Source: Leptospiraceae bacterium
GTDB lineage: Bacteria > Spirochaetota > Leptospiria > Leptospirales > Leptonemataceae
Length of the DNA stretch: 64,000 bases
NCBI GenBank assembly: GCA_040217195.1
Contig: JAVJNR010000006.1
Coordinates: forward strand, 186,193 to 250,192
Direction: 5' to 3'
Position numbers and translations under genes: made by a program. Positions 1 through 8,549 of the stretch are shown here, one piece after another (positions within the stretch are counted from its first letter, which is position 1; each line of letters starts with the position of its first letter). Below the pieces are notes generated by a model. The model was given only the letters and a program-made list of their open reading frames with translations, was not told the origin of the DNA and did no database searches.

Positions 1-101
1 TCTTGTCTGAACAGTATTCGCAGCAGGACAGCCCCTGCAAGAGATAACAGGGCCGATGCGATCCGAGTTTTTCCAGGATGCGTGGCGGTGGATGTGCTCA
101 T
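1..101 (-). CDS. N-terminal part of a probable membrane or secreted protein running off the window edge
   Basis: My translation from ATG at 101 gives MSTSTATHPGKTRIASALLSLAGAVLLRILFRQ, open to position 1, with a hydrophobic stretch. Confidence 0.45.
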   Translation of the reverse strand, partial: MSTSTATHPGKTRIASALLSLAGAVLLRILFRQ

Positions 102-264
102 TAATATTAGTCCATCTGAAACTTGTATTCAATTCCAGAGTGCGAAGATACTAAATACTGTGCAATCGATGGAAAGAGTTATTACACATCTGAACTGTTG
201 CAGCGAAGTCAATTCTATTTATCTTCGAAGGGCCCATGGCCCGGCCATTTCTAATGCGTTGGGA

Positions 265-1158
265 CTATCGGTGGCCATGGGCGACAACACGATGATAGAT
301 CCACTGGATAAGGGAGTTCTGTGAGTTGCTAACCTTCATGTTTCCTTCGGTAGAGGAACTTTGTTTGGATTTGCTGCGAAACCCTGTCAGGTGAACGATA
401 AGCAGAATCGCTGCAAGTGCCAGGGAGGCGATGGCCAGCCCATCGGCAAGGATGAAGCTATGCCAGTTTGCTGTTCGATATAAGAATGGCGGAGCCGGTA
501 GCACCAGAATCATTCCCATGAGTAAAAACAGTGAATAGGTGCGCATCTCTGCGAATAGCCTGCCTCCACTGCCCATGAGAATTGCGGCCACGGAAAGGTG
601 AATCACCGCGAAGCCCGCATATTCGCCTGTGGGTCGTTCCGGAGGATTGGTGCCCAGAACAAATACAAAATTCCAGAGTATATAAGCGGCAATCCAGATC
701 CTTCCCAGATCGTATTCTACCCGACCGGCATTCCGTTGAATGCTCCCGGGACCCGTAAGAGTTAATATTAGTATCACACCTGCAACTGCATTCAAAAGGT
801 TGCCACCCATGGATCGTTCAGGACCTCCTGAAACAACATCCAGTATCTCAAAGGCCACAGCTTCCAGAATGTTGACTATGAAAATGATGTACAATGCAAT
901 TCGTGGCCAGTTTGGTTGACTGCCAGCGAATCTGTACCATCCCACGATCAGACAGGCAAGGCCAGTGGACAGAAACTTCAAATATGCGAATGCTCCATCG
1001 GTGTGCGAAAACTGAGACTGGAAAAGCGGAAAAGAAACTCCGCTGATGCAGAGTATAATGGCCAAAAAGAAAACAGATTTTGGCAGCCTGGATAATACAA
1101 AGGTCACCAGGGCAACGGTCAGGATCATTATTGCGATCCAGATTAATATCTCAATCAT
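265..1158 (-). CDS. Multi-pass membrane protein, DUF5692-like
   Basis: 297 aa with about 9 hydrophobic segments; motifs NILEAV, NLLNAVAG and WIAAYILWNF resemble DUF5692. Confidence 0.6.
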   Translation of the reverse strand: MIEILIWIAIMILTVALVTFVLSRLPKSVFFLAIILCISGVSFPLFQSQFSHTDGAFAYLKFLSTGLACLIVGWYRFAGSQPNWPRIALYIIFIVNILEAVAFEILDVVSGGPERSMGGNLLNAVAGVILILTLTGPGSIQRNAGRVEYDLGRIWIAAYILWNFVFVLGTNPPERPTGEYAGFAVIHLSVAAILMGSGGRLFAEMRTYSLFLLMGMILVLPAPPFLYRTANWHSFILADGLAIASLALAAILLIVHLTGFRSKSKQSSSTEGNMKVSNSQNSLIQWIYHRVVAHGHR

Positions 1159-1393
1159 CTGTTTCTCCAGATTGTGCAGAAATCAAAGATACCAATATAC
1201 GGCAGGCATGTTTCGAAGAGCACCGAATAGTTACAACTTTCCTGAAACTCTCTCTGGAACGCTTAAGCGCAAGAAGAATCGGAGAAATTGTTGTTTCGGG
1301 CCGGCATTTCCGGATCTCCGAATCGTTGAAGTCCCGGAGCGGAAGAAAGGAAAACTCATTGACCTGCTGGAAGAAAAAGCTGCATAGAATCCT

Positions 1394-2170
1394 ATGGAAA
1401 TCGTATTTACCTCCGATGCTCTGATTGCTCTTCTTACCCTGACGATACTGGAAATTGTTCTGGGTATAGACAACATTATCTTTATCTCAATCCTGGCCGG
1501 TAAACTCCCTGAGGAACAGCAGGCCAAAGCCAGACAGATTGGTCTTGCCCTGGCCATGATCATGCGAATCTTGCTGCTGCTTTCGCTAAGCTGGATCATG
1601 GGTCTTACAAAGCCACTTTTTGTAGTAACTGATTTTCTTTCATTCTTGAGTCCTGCAGATTGGGCGGCCATATCCGGCCGGGACCTGATACTTCTGTTTG
1701 GTGGATTGTTCTTACTCGGAAAGGCTACTGTAGAGATTCATGGAAAACTGGAAGGGGATGAGGGGCATGGAGGAGCAAAGGCCCGAGGGAAGCTACTGGC
1801 AACTCTGTTCCAGATCATGCTACTGGACCTGGTATTCTCTCTGGATTCTGTAATAACCGCTGTAGGGATGGCGGACCAGCTCTGGGTGATGATCACAGCG
1901 GTTGTAATTGCTGTGGGCGTCATGATGATTTCTGCCAGTGCAATCAGCAATTTTGTGAATCAACATCCGACGGTGAAGATTCTGGCTTTGAGTTTTCTAC
2001 TTCTGATTGGTTTTTCCCTGGTAATCGAAAGTATGGAGTATCATGTACCAAAAGGTTACATCTACTTTGCCATGGGGTTTTCGGTTTTCGTAGAGCTGCT
2101 TAATATGAAGTTTCGTACCAAGCGAGCGGAACCTGTGCAACTCCATAGCGCTTACAAAGAAGAGAACTAG
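1394..2170 (+). CDS. TerC family integral membrane protein
   Basis: TerC signatures LEIVLGIDN, RDLILLFGGLFLL and DLVFSLDSVITAVG. Confidence 0.92.
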   Translation: MEIVFTSDALIALLTLTILEIVLGIDNIIFISILAGKLPEEQQAKARQIGLALAMIMRILLLLSLSWIMGLTKPLFVVTDFLSFLSPADWAAISGRDLILLFGGLFLLGKATVEIHGKLEGDEGHGGAKARGKLLATLFQIMLLDLVFSLDSVITAVGMADQLWVMITAVVIAVGVMMISASAISNFVNQHPTVKILALSFLLLIGFSLVIESMEYHVPKGYIYFAMGFSVFVELLNMKFRTKRAEPVQLHSAYKEEN

Positions 2171-2187
2171 AAATACAAACCCGATCC

Positions 2188-2227
2188 CTAATGGGGTTCT
2201 GATTCCCAATTATCAGGACCCCATTAG
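2188..2227. terminator. 16-bp inverted repeat hairpin downstream of the TerC gene
   Basis: ctaatggggttctgat (2188-2203) pairs with atcaggaccccattag (2212-2227), one G-U pair; no U tract. Confidence 0.5.
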
Positions 2228-2305
2228 TCCGAACGGCATCTCTTACAGTCCAAGAAAAACAGGAAAAACTAGAGAGGAACGTCTCTGATTGATAGCTTAA
2301 GCTGA

Positions 2306-2623
2306 GTTTTTCGCACAATCGTTGGACTTTCCAAACTCAATGATTATTTCAATAAGTTGAATAAGAACCTGAACCAGGGTGGCTTTCGCTTTAAAGAGCT
2401 CCAGAGAGTAGAGGATGGCAGTTACTTTATGGAATGGGTTTTTGAAGCCCGATTGAAGAGGCCGGCCCGGAGTCTGCAGGCTTGCGGAGTATCCTAGCTC
2501 ATTCTGGACGAGAAGAAAGGCAGAATCCGCAGCCAGAGAGATTATTTTGATCCAGGAGAAATGTTCTACGAGAATGTACCGGTTCTGGGTCGCTTCATTC
2601 GGAAGCTAAAGGGATGGATCTAA
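2306..2623 (+). pseudogene. NTF2/SnoaL-like protein remnant, N-terminally truncated, with an internal TAG at 2495-2497
   Basis: My translation VFRTIVGLSKLNDYFNKL...FMEWVFEA...GVS*LILDEKKGRIRSQRDYFDPGEMFYENVPVLGRFIRKLKG matches the SnoaL-like C-terminal pattern RDYFD..EM.YE.VP.LG; not in the ORF track. Confidence 0.75.
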
Positions 2624-2862
2624 TTAATGGTCCACCGATTGCGCCCATCAGGTCCGACCTGAGGTCGCATCTTCGTGCCGAGGATGCGCTCGCCATCCCA
2701 TCATATAATGCTGGATCAACCATCATCGGTTGATTGGCCCTCATCGCCCTGAATCATTGGGCAACACTGGGGGGCATGTGGATTTTTCGTCGAATACTGT
2801 TTTGTCCAGGCCTGCAGCAATATAACTATTGACCCGGACTCCATGATTTAGGTTCTTTAGGA

Positions 2863-4656
2863 GTGTCTTTCAGCTTAGAGCAATTCAAAGAAAAATTCCC
2901 GGTCCCTCCTGAGTGCTTGAACTCTGGAGAAGCTTTCGAATATTTCTGGACTTATGATTTAACTGTAGAGCCGGAGGACTTCTGGCCCTTCATCGCGGAC
3001 TCCTCAAGAATGAATCGGGAGGTGGGTTACGAAGAAGTTCATTATGAAGAAAAAGATGGAGTTCTGCATGGTTGGTCCGGCGAAGGCCGACTCCGGCAAG
3101 AATGGATCGAATATCCGTTCGAATGGAATTATCCGGTATTTATCCGGCGACTTAGGAAGTATTCTGTAGGATTGCCTGATTATAATTTCATTCAGGGATA
3201 CATTGAGCCTCTTGAACAAGGGTGTAGAGTCTACATCCACAATGTAGTCTATTCCAATCATCCTCTGGCGCGAAAGTTTCTGCCACGTTACCTGGCGCCC
3301 TTCGGCGAGCGCTACGGTGCCACTTTTGCTAAAGCGGTACAGGCCATAAATAATAACCATAGTCTGGATGTAGTGTATCCCCCGGTGCCTATACAGATCG
3401 GCGAAGATGCTAAACGGAATCTGGAGGAAAGATTGCTTAAGCTCAGGCAGTCTGGATTCGAAGCAAATGAAGTTTCTGCGATGAAGGAATACATCCTCCG
3501 GACCGATTCCAATGAATTGTTTCGCATTCGTCCTCTGGCATTGAAAGCTCCAGTTACAGATCCGGATCGTCGAATTTCAGCTTTTTTGCATGGAGTGCTC
3601 TGTGGTCTATTTACTATGAATTATGAGGTTATTTGCCCACATTGTAGGGGAAGTCGTGAAAGCCTTGCCTCCCTGGCACAGGTGCCGGTTCGTTCCGAGT
3701 GTCACATTTGCGAAATTGAATTTAACTCAGGGGGCAAAGAATCCATCGAGATTACTTTCCGGTTGCATCCTGCTATTGCAGAGACCTACCAACAATTCTA
3801 TTGTGCAGCGGAGCCTTCGCGCAAGACTCATGTGCGAATTCAAAGAATTCTGGAGCCTGGAGAACAGAGCTTTCCGGTAAACCTTACCGCGGGTCGATAT
3901 CGATTTCTACTTCAAAGACAGCAATTGCCTCTGGCCGCTGACTTCAAGAAAGAGGAAACCGCTATTCCCGGATTGAATGGCAAATGCGAGCTGGAAAATC
4001 CATTTAACAAGAGATCACTGCTTATGGTCGAAGAGCCCGGAGAATCAGTGGTCGCGCTACGTCCCTCCAGACTTTTCGGAATGCAAGAATTCAGAGATTT
4101 ATTCACAGGCGAACAGCTATCTACAGATCTGCAGATAGACCTGGGAACTCAGACCATTACTTTTGTGGATATTGTAGGTTCTACCGGATTCTATGAAGAC
4201 CAGGGAGACGGACCAGCTTTTGAAGCGGTAAAGAAGCATTTTGAATTCTTTTTCGATATTGTCCAGAAGCATAAAGGAGCGGTCATCAAGACCATTGGTG
4301 ATGGTGCCATGTTTTGCTTTCCATCTTCTTCGCAGGCCTTGCGGGCAGGCCTGGAGGCCATGGAGCAGTTACGATCCAGACGCGATGAGCTGGGGTTGAG
4401 TTTTAGATATACAATGCATGAAGGTCCCTGTCTGGCCGTTAACTTTAACACCGGCATCGATTATTTCGGGAGCACTGTGAATCTTGCAGCCAAATTGCAG
4501 AATGTTACCGGGGCCAATGAGATTGGACTGTCCGAGAAGCTGTTTCGCTCCGATGCCATTCAGGGAATTCTCACAGATCGAAAGCCATCTGTTCAGTCCG
4601 TGATTCTGGAATATGACAAAGGGGCCCGACGGCAAAATGCTTATGTGCTTAGCTGA
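2863..4656 (+). CDS. Class III adenylate/guanylate cyclase with SRPBCC-like N-terminus and DUF5939-type zinc-ribbon domain
   Basis: Cyclase motifs FVDIVGST, IKTIGDGAM and DYFGSTVNLAAKLQ; CPHC...CHIC. Confidence 0.85.
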   Translation: MSFSLEQFKEKFPVPPECLNSGEAFEYFWTYDLTVEPEDFWPFIADSSRMNREVGYEEVHYEEKDGVLHGWSGEGRLRQEWIEYPFEWNYPVFIRRLRKYSVGLPDYNFIQGYIEPLEQGCRVYIHNVVYSNHPLARKFLPRYLAPFGERYGATFAKAVQAINNNHSLDVVYPPVPIQIGEDAKRNLEERLLKLRQSGFEANEVSAMKEYILRTDSNELFRIRPLALKAPVTDPDRRISAFLHGVLCGLFTMNYEVICPHCRGSRESLASLAQVPVRSECHICEIEFNSGGKESIEITFRLHPAIAETYQQFYCAAEPSRKTHVRIQRILEPGEQSFPVNLTAGRYRFLLQRQQLPLAADFKKEETAIPGLNGKCELENPFNKRSLLMVEEPGESVVALRPSRLFGMQEFRDLFTGEQLSTDLQIDLGTQTITFVDIVGSTGFYEDQGDGPAFEAVKKHFEFFFDIVQKHKGAVIKTIGDGAMFCFPSSSQALRAGLEAMEQLRSRRDELGLSFRYTMHEGPCLAVNFNTGIDYFGSTVNLAAKLQNVTGANEIGLSEKLFRSDAIQGILTDRKPSVQSVILEYDKGARRQNAYVLS

Positions 4657-4838
4657 TACTCTAAATAAGGAAAGGATCCACTAAAAGGAAGGGATCTACG
4701 AAGGCCGGACCGTTTCAGTACCCCGATGGCTTGCCAATGAACTCCCGGTAATGTAGATTATTGCAGAATTACTCCTGTTAAAGGTCTTCTTTTTGACTTT
4801 CCACTGTGTGCGCCGCAAAAAAACTGACTCCAACCACA

Positions 4839-6368
4839 ATGGAAACCTCATTTCAATCCCTGGGCGTGGAGCAAGATATTCTTCATGCCCTGGAAACCAA
4901 GGGCTATACCAGCCCAACCCCAATCCAGGCAGCCGTTATTCCCCAGCTTCTTAAGCCAGGCTCCGATGTAATGGGCCAGGCCCGTACTGGCACCGGAAAA
5001 ACTGCAGCCTTTGGCATCCCCCTACTGCAGCGATGCGATCCTTCTATCAATTCTGTTCAGGCACTGGTGCTTGCTCCTACCAGGGAGCTGGCAATGCAGG
5101 TTTGCACGGAAATGCAATCCATGCAGGGGAATAAAAAGCTGAAGCTGGCTCTACTCTACGGCGGTGCCGGAATGACTACGCAGATTCAAGCCCTGCGAAA
5201 GGGAGCTCACATTGCAGTGGGTACTCCGGGCCGAGTCCTGGATCATGTTCGTTCCGGTCGCTTAAAGCTGGACGATTTGCAGTTTCTGGTACTGGATGAA
5301 GCGGATCGAATGCTGGATATGGGCTTTCAGGATGAACTGGAAGCCATTGTAGAAAGTGCCGGACCGGATCGCCAGACTCTGATGTTTTCGGCTACCTTCA
5401 CTCCTGAGATTCGAAAAGCAGCTTCCACCTATATGAAGAAATTCGAAATGGTGAAGGCTGAAGAAAGCGGTGTGAAGCAGTCCAACACTCGCATGGTTGC
5501 CTACGAAGTGTACGGCCGCGATAAGCGTGAGGCCTTGCGCCGAATACTGCATGCATCAGAAGATTTCTACGGACTAATATTTTGCGCTCGAAAATCCGAT
5601 GTGGATGATCTATCTCAATTCCTGGACAAGAAGGGCTTCGATGCAGAGGGATTGCATGGAGATATGTCCCAGCCTGCTCGGGAAAAGGTCCTGGGCCGAC
5701 TCAAGAAAAAGAAGCTTAGCATACTTGTGGCCACCGATGTTGCGGCTCGTGGTATTGATGTAAATGATCTTGGATATGTAGTTAACTACGATATTCCAGA
5801 CAGTGCCGATGCACTGACCCATCGCACCGGTCGAACCGCCAGGGCAGGGCGCACCGGTACTTCCATCTGTCTGATTACTCCTTCGGAAGCGTCTCGTTTC
5901 CGAGGTATGGAAAAGCGTACAGGGCTCATACATGAGCGATTGCCATTGCCCGACCGGGAAACCGTGAGAGAAGCCCGTCGAGAGGCCGCTCGCGTAGGGG
6001 TCGAAAAGGGCGTGGGAAAAAATCCTACTCCGGAATACGTGGATTTTGCAAAGGATCTGCTGGAAAGTCATTCGCCGGAAGAACTGGTGGCAAGCCTTCT
6101 AAGGGATCGTTTTGGCGATATGCTTCTGGAAAGCTCCATTCCTGACATTGCAACTCCGTCCCCATCCAGCGATAAGCCCGGAAAAGGAAAAGGCCATTCC
6201 AGAGGCCCATCGGGAAGCTCTTCCAAGAAATCCGGCGGAAAAGGCGGATACCGGGGTGCAAGAAATACAGAAAACCGAAAGAGAAAGTACTCCGGTGCCA
6301 AGGATTCCGAGAACGGAGCCGGCGGCAGGAGAGGCAAGCTCAAGAAGTCCGGGGCTGGTCGGAGATAG
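4839..6368 (+). CDS. DEAD-box RNA helicase (CshA/DeaD-like) with basic C-terminal tail; probable start ATG 4839 (ORF track 4806)
   Basis: Q motif PTPIQ, ARTGTGKT, PTRELA, DEAD, SAT, HRTGRTAR. Confidence 0.95.
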   Translation: METSFQSLGVEQDILHALETKGYTSPTPIQAAVIPQLLKPGSDVMGQARTGTGKTAAFGIPLLQRCDPSINSVQALVLAPTRELAMQVCTEMQSMQGNKKLKLALLYGGAGMTTQIQALRKGAHIAVGTPGRVLDHVRSGRLKLDDLQFLVLDEADRMLDMGFQDELEAIVESAGPDRQTLMFSATFTPEIRKAASTYMKKFEMVKAEESGVKQSNTRMVAYEVYGRDKREALRRILHASEDFYGLIFCARKSDVDDLSQFLDKKGFDAEGLHGDMSQPAREKVLGRLKKKKLSILVATDVAARGIDVNDLGYVVNYDIPDSADALTHRTGRTARAGRTGTSICLITPSEASRFRGMEKRTGLIHERLPLPDRETVREARREAARVGVEKGVGKNPTPEYVDFAKDLLESHSPEELVASLLRDRFGDMLLESSIPDIATPSPSSDKPGKGKGHSRGPSGSSSKKSGGKGGYRGARNTENRKRKYSGAKDSENGAGGRRGKLKKSGAGRR

Positions 6369-7368
6369 AAATTCCCGCGGATAGCCCATGGCTTTTCTTG
6401 AATTGCATGGGCGCCACTCCGAAGTTTCGTTTGAAACTTCGGGAGAATGCGAAGGCAGAATCATAACCCACCCTGCGAGCCACTTGTTCGATAGTTCCGT
6501 TTTCCTCCCTGAATAAACTGGCAGCTCTTTGCATTCGTATTTGATTCAGATATTCCATGGGTCCCATTTCAGTGACCTCCTTGAATCTTCGAGCCAGAGT
6601 TGCCCTGGAAAGCCCCTGAGCCCTGGCCAGACTTTCTACAGTCCAGTTCCGATCCAGTCCATCCTCCATGGATTCAATGGCTCGAAGCACAGCTTCATCT
6701 GAGTAGAGAGAGGCCCAGTGAGTTCTGGAATCATGGTCCAGTAGCCAGTGACGCAAGATGTAATGAAACAGTGTATCGGTTAGCTTGCTCAAAATGACTT
6801 CCGATGCATCCGGTCTACTGAACTCAGCAGAAACAAGTTCTACAAGATGCTTGATTGGATGATGCAAGGGCAAACTGGATCCCGGAATATGAAAGTAGTC
6901 AGGTAGAGCTCTAAATAAAGGATGCACTGGACCTGCTGGAAATAGATATCTTCCACTCAAGAAACTGGTCATGTCCTCACTGGCTTTCTGGTCCGAAAGG
7001 CTGATCGCTGCGCTTACCTTTTTGGAATTCACCGTCAGGTTAGTCTCATTTTGCTCCTGCCAGGCCAGTTTTGAATAGGAAGAAGTATTGGACTGGCGGG
7101 CCCGAAAATCATCCACATCGATGCAGTTAGCGTCTGCATGGGACTTAAGTTCGTGGTAATAGCCCCTGGAAAAAAATACCAGATCGCCGGGGCCAAGATC
7201 CAGGATCTGTCCTGTTGTCTTACATTCCACTTTGCATTGCCCGGCCAGAATCACATGGAATCCGGCTGTGAAGTCACAGGCGAATCGAATGCCCCATTGG
7301 CCCTGGATACTGGCCCGGGCGGCCACCGATCCTTGAATGGACCTGGAAATGCGACTGAGTAAGTCCAT
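6340..7368 (-). CDS. AraC family regulator with cupin-6 sensor domain (RclR-like)
   Basis: N-terminal FHVILAGQC...GDLVF; C-terminal WTVESLA...SRATLARRF and IEQVARRVGYDSAFAFSRSFK; divergent from the NmrA gene. Confidence 0.92.
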   Translation of the reverse strand: MDLLSRISRSIQGSVAARASIQGQWGIRFACDFTAGFHVILAGQCKVECKTTGQILDLGPGDLVFFSRGYYHELKSHADANCIDVDDFRARQSNTSSYSKLAWQEQNETNLTVNSKKVSAAISLSDQKASEDMTSFLSGRYLFPAGPVHPLFRALPDYFHIPGSSLPLHHPIKHLVELVSAEFSRPDASEVILSKLTDTLFHYILRHWLLDHDSRTHWASLYSDEAVLRAIESMEDGLDRNWTVESLARAQGLSRATLARRFKEVTEMGPMEYLNQIRMQRAASLFREENGTIEQVARRVGYDSAFAFSRSFKRNFGVAPMQFKKSHGLSAGISISDQPRTS

Positions 7369-7439
7369 AATTCAATCTATGCTAATACTACCAGTAAGGC
7401 CTCTATTTATGCCCGGAGCTCTCGAAAAAAGAACTAAAT

Positions 7440-7503
7440 TGAGACGATAGGATAGTTAATTTAGACTTTCAGTCATTCCCGTCTTACACCCAGTTCCTAT
7501 ACT
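7440..7503 (+). promoter_or_regulatory. Putative AraC-activated promoter of the NmrA-like gene
   Basis: Imperfect direct repeat with 21-bp period (gagacgatagga at 7441, tagactttcagt at 7462), then -10 TATACT at 7498-7503. Confidence 0.45.
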
Positions 7504-7581
7504 GGACATGCAAAGCGCCGGGTTTGGAAGTCCCGGGCGCGGATCTAAACGAATGAAAGTACAATTTAAAAGGAGTCTTAA

Positions 7582-8406
7582 ATGAAAGTATATGTATTTG
7601 GTGCCACAGGTACCGTAGGAAATCCGCTTGTGGAGGATCTGTTAGAGTCCGGTCATGAGGTTCTGGCAGTTAGTCGTAAATCCGGCTCTGAAAAGAAAGG
7701 CCTCACCTATGTTGGTACCGACCCTTCCGAAATGAAAGGGGCCGATGCAGTCTTCCTCTTAAGTCCAGGCGGATTGGCCGATCAGCATTCCGTGCTCAAA
7801 CCCTATCTGGAGCAAGCGAAGCAAATCAAGCCGGCCCGTACGGTCCTGATGACCGCTTTTGGTGTGGAATATGCACCTGCAGAGGTTCCTCTTCGAAAAA
7901 TAGAACTGGAGGTTCTGGATAGTGGATTGGATGCCACCGTGCTACGGCCCAACTGGTTCATGCAGAACTTCAATAGCTACTGGATTCAGGGAATACTGAG
8001 CGATTCCAGGATCTACTTTCCTGGTGGCGATGCGAAGGCTGGATTCATTGATGCTCGGGACATTGCTGCCTGTGCAGCCCGACTCCTTACCGGAGCTGGT
8101 CATTCCGGCGAAGGAATCGGAATAACCGGCCCGGAGGCTCTGGATCACAAGGAAGTTGCTCAAAAGCTTTCTGCTGCCACCGGCAAGAAGATTGAATATG
8201 TAAATGTGGATCCCGAAGATTTTAAGGTTTCTCTTAAAGAGGCGGGCCTTCCGGCGGACTACATTGAAGTTCTCTCAGCCATCGCTGCCGGCCTTAGAGA
8301 AGGGCAGGCGGCCACGGTTACCGATTCAGTGGAGGCTTTGCTGGGACGTAAGGCTATTTCATTTGATCAGTACGCAAAGGATTACGCATCGGCCTTTCAG
8401 GGCTAA
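7582..8406 (+). CDS. NmrA-like NAD(P)H-binding atypical SDR oxidoreductase
   Basis: GATGTVG Rossmann motif, LRPNWFMQN, IDARDIA; RBS aggag upstream. Confidence 0.92.
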   Translation: MKVYVFGATGTVGNPLVEDLLESGHEVLAVSRKSGSEKKGLTYVGTDPSEMKGADAVFLLSPGGLADQHSVLKPYLEQAKQIKPARTVLMTAFGVEYAPAEVPLRKIELEVLDSGLDATVLRPNWFMQNFNSYWIQGILSDSRIYFPGGDAKAGFIDARDIAACAARLLTGAGHSGEGIGITGPEALDHKEVAQKLSAATGKKIEYVNVDPEDFKVSLKEAGLPADYIEVLSAIAAGLREGQAATVTDSVEALLGRKAISFDQYAKDYASAFQG

Positions 8407-8417
8407 AGTATCATGAT

Positions 8418-8455
8418 TCTGGCCCGGGCCACGGTTTACAACCGGTCGGGCCAGA
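8418..8455 (+). terminator. GC-rich hairpin after the NmrA-like gene
   Basis: tctggcccg...cgggccaga stem. Confidence 0.5.
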
Positions 8456-8549
8456 GCATTCATCCAACCGGGCACATTTTTGATTGGCAGAGCTATACCT
8501 TTGGAAATAATCTGAAAGAAATAGGCCGGTGTCTTGTTGGGTAGGTAGA

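Noticed and set aside
2208..2228. NYQDPIS peptide that looks like the missing NTF2 N-terminal DP motif
   Set aside because: It is one arm of the inverted repeat and is separated from the remnant by about 80 bp with stops; probably coincidence
2495..2497. In-frame TAG as possible recoding (pyrrolysine or readthrough)
   Set aside because: The gene also lacks its N-terminus, TAG is used as a normal stop elsewhere in the window, and no pyl genes are visible
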